A stretch of 8,931 nucleotides of DNA. Origin: a virus. Lineage: Duplodnaviria > Heunggongvirae > Uroviricota > Caudoviricetes. The stretch covers positions 1 through 8,931 of IMG/VR virus record IMGVR_UViG_2695420699_000009; one strand, written 5' to 3'. Positions within the stretch are counted from its first letter, which is position 1. Every line of letters begins with the position of its first letter. A model generated the notes under the pieces. The model ran no database searches. It was not told where the DNA came from and worked only from the letters and a program-made list of their open reading frames with translations. Below, one piece after another: positions 6,887 to 8,931 of this stretch. The position numbers and the translations under genes were made by a program.

Positions 6887-7207
6887 TCTTTTCATGCCAA
6901 CCCACCCCGCCCCACAGAATGCAGGGCAATACTTTGAGTTACCAGGCAGTGGTCAGGGGTTAAGTAGCCAGCCCGAGGCGTAAGAACATGACGGCAGGGT
7001 TCAACTTTAATAACTATGCAGCAGGTTTTTGTTCCGCTACCCCGGCGTTAAGGGGAAACAGAGGATTTCTCAGTGGGCGAAGTCAAACATCAGAATGGAA
7101 GGCATCCAGGGATCAGCAAAGAAACAGCGATGGCGCTTTATATTGATATCAGCGCCATTGCCGGACAGGTAAGAATTATCAGAGCGGTAACTAAGCGGTA
7201 TGCGCCT

Positions 7208-7408
7208 TTACTTCAGAAAGTCTCTGGTGAGTGCACCGAAGATATTGTCAACGATTTCGTCATCAAACTGCGAGGACTCATCTTCAGTTACAAGGTGACC
7301 ACAATTTTTGCAGATGGCTCCCGCGAAACTGTCAGAGCCATGCGGTTTAAAGGATGTGTCAAAGACTTCGCCGCCACATTCTGGGCAAGAAAACTTGATT
7401 GTATTCAT
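7208..7408 (-). CDS. Small Cys4 zinc-ribbon protein with an acidic C-terminal tail, 66 aa
   Basis: Two CxxCG knuckles (CPECGG and CKNCGH) 20 residues apart. ATG at 7408 preceded by GAGAGGAAA at ~9-nt spacing; the ORF-track start at 7414 is a TTG. Oriented opposite to the surrounding plus-strand early operon. A plus-strand ORF (7073-7429) fully overlaps it; the zinc-ribbon motif decided the call. Confidence 0.55.
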   Translation of the reverse strand: MNTIKFSCPECGGEVFDTSFKPHGSDSFAGAICKNCGHLVTEDESSQFDDEIVDNIFGALTRDFLK

Positions 7409-7500
7409 AACCAATTTCCTCTCGAGTAACAGCCGCCTCAGAGGATACCACCTCGCCTGACGTGGTTAAAAGCAGGCAACGCTAACCACAAGGAGCCGAC

Positions 7501-7719
7501 ATGCAGAAACGAGAACCCGTCATCATCGCGCCAGACTATACCGATGATGAACTTTATGAGTGGATGCACCAGAAAATTAAGGCAGCGCAGGACCTGAAAT
7601 GGGCCAATGAAGCCAGGGCTAAGCAAGCTGAAAATCTGTCCGCTCTGGAGCAGGATATCACCAATCTGGAAAAAGCAGCGGCATTAAGCATTGCCAGAAT
7701 GATTACATACCCGCGTTAA
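7501..7719 (+). CDS. Hypothetical early-operon protein, 72 aa (same position and size as Qin YdfC, but not verified)
   Basis: ATG at 7501 preceded by AAGGAGCC at 5-6 nt spacing; TAA stop at 7717-7719; same strand as the dicF-dicB module. Confidence 0.6.
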   Translation: MQKREPVIIAPDYTDDELYEWMHQKIKAAQDLKWANEARAKQAENLSALEQDITNLEKAAALSIARMITYPR

Positions 7720-8059
7720 TAGCTAACCAACGAAGCTAAGGTTGGTAATTAAGGAGTTCTCCACGGGTGAGGTGGAGTGCGTGCGCCGGACACGGGTGAG
7801 CATCCGGCACTGACAGTTTACTGAAAGGATATTTCCCTGAAAAGTCAGGGCATAACGCGAAAGCGCACGGCGAGGTAGCTGGTTCATAGATAGCCTGTCG
7901 TTAAATTTTCGTCGACCGTGCGCTTCCGGTTGTGGCACTCCGCGAAATGGCGCGGCGGTAAGTATGGCGGGGTTATTCCTTCCCCGTTGAGGACACCGGG
8001 TTGTCAGGTTGACCATACGCTTAAGTGACAACCCCGCTGCAACGCCCTCTGTTATCAAT

Positions 8060-8117
8060 TTTCTGGTGACGTTTGGCGGTATCAGTTTTACTCCGTGGCT
8101 GCTCTGCCGCCCTTTTT
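8060..8117 (+). ncRNA. dicF: DicF-like small RNA (ftsZ-targeting sRNA of Qin-type prophages)
   Basis: TTTCTGGTGACGTTTGGCGGTATCAGTTTTACTCCGTGGCTGCTCTGCCGCCCTTTTT matches my recollection of E. coli DicF almost base for base. It ends in a GC-rich stem plus T-run and lies ~170 nt upstream of the dicB-like gene, as in the Qin dicB operon. Ends are approximate, since DicF is made by processing. Confidence 0.7.
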
Positions 8118-8286
8118 AAAGTGAATTTTGTGATGCGGTGAATGCGGCTAAGCGCACGCGGAACAGTTAAAACCAAAAACAGTGTTATGGGTGGATTCTC
8201 TGTATCCGGCGTTAATTGTTAACTGGTTAACGTCACCTGGAGGCACCAGGCACTGCATCACAAAATTCATTGTTGAGGACGCGATA

Positions 8287-8475
8287 ATGGAAAAGTTATC
8301 ACGTAATGCCAGCACGTCTGAACTTCGTTTCGAAATTGGCGTTATCACTGGAGACAAAACATTTATTGAAGACGCCATTAAGCAGAGAAAACTCGAGCAG
8401 GACCTGTTAAATGAAGTATGCATTCCTTCAATGCTGGCTCGTCTGGACCTGCTGCAAAAAGGATATAAACAATGA
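8287..8475 (+). CDS. dicB: DicB-like cell-division inhibitor, 62 aa
   Basis: Same length as E. coli DicB and shares recalled motifs (FEIGV, EDAI, KRK, LLN, SMLARL, C-terminal KG..Q). ATG at 8287 preceded by GAGGA at ~8-nt spacing; the ORF-track extension to 8182 has no support. Confidence 0.8.
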   Translation: MEKLSRNASTSELRFEIGVITGDKTFIEDAIKQRKLEQDLLNEVCIPSMLARLDLLQKGYKQ

Positions 8476-8663
8476 ATACAACATTTGCACTCGTTCTGAC
8501 AGTTTATCTTGTTTCCGGCGAATCTCTTGAGCTGGTGACTGGCTTATACGGTTCAATGAAAGAATGCATGGCTGCAGCAGCAGAACAAAAAATTCCCGGT
8601 AACTGTTATCCGGTAGATAAAACTACCCACACTAATAATAACGAAATACCGGCAGGACTTTAA
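8472..8663 (+). CDS. Small protein with a hydrophobic N-terminus, 63 aa, translationally coupled to dicB (YdfD-like by position and size)
   Basis: ATG at 8472-8474 overlaps the dicB-like TGA stop in an ATGA arrangement. N-terminal hydrophobic segment MNTTFALVLTVYLVSG. Matches the position and length of Qin YdfD; sequence identity not verified. Confidence 0.55.
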   Translation: MNTTFALVLTVYLVSGESLELVTGLYGSMKECMAAAAEQKIPGNCYPVDKTTHTNNNEIPAGL

Positions 8664-8756
8664 AACAGCACCGTAATTAATATCCGGTTTCATTTTTATA
8701 TGCCAGCAATGGCAGGGATTTGTTCACCCTTAAATCTGTAATGAGGTTAAAACAAA

Positions 8757-8931
8757 ATGAGTAAAGTCTTTATTTGCGCCGCCATTCCGGACGAACAGGC
8801 AATAAAAGAAGAGGGCGCAGTTGCTGTAGCCACTGCCATTGAAGCTGGCGACGAACGCCGTGCTCGAGCAAAATTTCACTGGCAATTCCTGGAACATTAT
8901 CCGGCTGCTCAGGACTGCGCTTATAAATTTA
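8757..8931 (+). CDS. Hypothetical protein, 5' part only (runs off the window; YdfE-like by position)
   Basis: ATG at 8757 with GAGG ~10 nt upstream; open to the end of the window (MSKVFICAAIPDEQAIKEEGAVAVATAIEAGDERRARAKFHWQFLEHYPAAQDCAYKF...). Confidence 0.55.
   Translation, partial: MSKVFICAAIPDEQAIKEEGAVAVATAIEAGDERRARAKFHWQFLEHYPAAQDCAYKF

Noticed and set aside
6901-6915. C-rich, G-poor tract (CCCACCCCGCCCCAC) downstream of the OL-like promoter as a Rho-loading site
   Set aside because: Too short and unsupported by any other evidence; noted only as a possibility.
6988-7146. Plus-strand 52-aa ORF with a GAGG SD, at the position where Qin has ydfA
   Set aside because: The translation (MTAGFNFNNYAAGFCSATPALRGNRGF...) is low-complexity and has no recognisable features; position alone does not support a call.
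7073-7429. Plus-strand 118-aa ORF (GTG start with an AGAGGA SD) that would be co-directional with the early operon
   Set aside because: It fully overlaps the minus-strand zinc-ribbon ORF. The minus frame yields two canonical CxxCG knuckles, while the same DNA gives no recognisable motif in the plus frame. Still a genuine ambiguity, flagged in the findings.
7835-7850. Hairpin CCCTGA-AAAG-TCAGGG as a lambda-type nut boxB site
   Set aside because: No boxA-like element (CGCTCTTA) precedes it and no N-like arginine-rich antiterminator gene is present in the early operon; it is kept only as part of the structured-leader finding.
7723-8058. Minus-strand 111-aa ORF across the GC-rich leader
   Set aside because: TTG start, no SD, Arg-rich composition typical of a spurious frame in GC-rich structured DNA; it overlaps the hairpin-dense region better explained as RNA.
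7720-8059. Retron-like or other RT-associated structured ncRNA
   Set aside because: No reverse-transcriptase-sized ORF is anywhere nearby; the DicF precursor context explains the structure more simply.
8182-8286. N-terminal extension of the dicB-like ORF (MLWVDSLYPALIVNW...)
   Set aside because: The ATG at 8287 has a well-placed GAGGA SD and gives a 62-aa product matching DicB in length; the extension has no ribosome-binding site.

Overview
This window reads as the early/immunity segment of a lambdoid (Rac/Qin-like) enterobacterial prophage; no tRNA, rRNA, CRISPR array, integrase or transposase is visible. From left to right: (i) a minus-strand run of small uncharacterised phage genes (nin-region-like) ending in a DUF551-like protein and two tiny hydrophobic ORFs; (ii) a replication module with an O-like initiator carrying iteron-like GTGAC repeats and a DnaC/P-like loader; (iii) a lambda-style genetic switch with CII-like and Cro-like genes divergent from a plus-strand repressor, flanked by two clusters of one palindromic operator motif; (iv) a plus-strand early operon with a GC-rich structured leader, a DicF-like sRNA, a DicB-like division inhibitor, a coupled YdfD-like small membrane protein and a truncated downstream gene. 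All family assignments come from reading motifs and from recollection of known proteins; no database search was run. I did not find a clear, complete novel system. The best candidates for further work are the convergent zinc-ribbon gene at the rex/sieB-equivalent position, the twin micro-ORFs at the left end, and the structured leader upstream of dicF.
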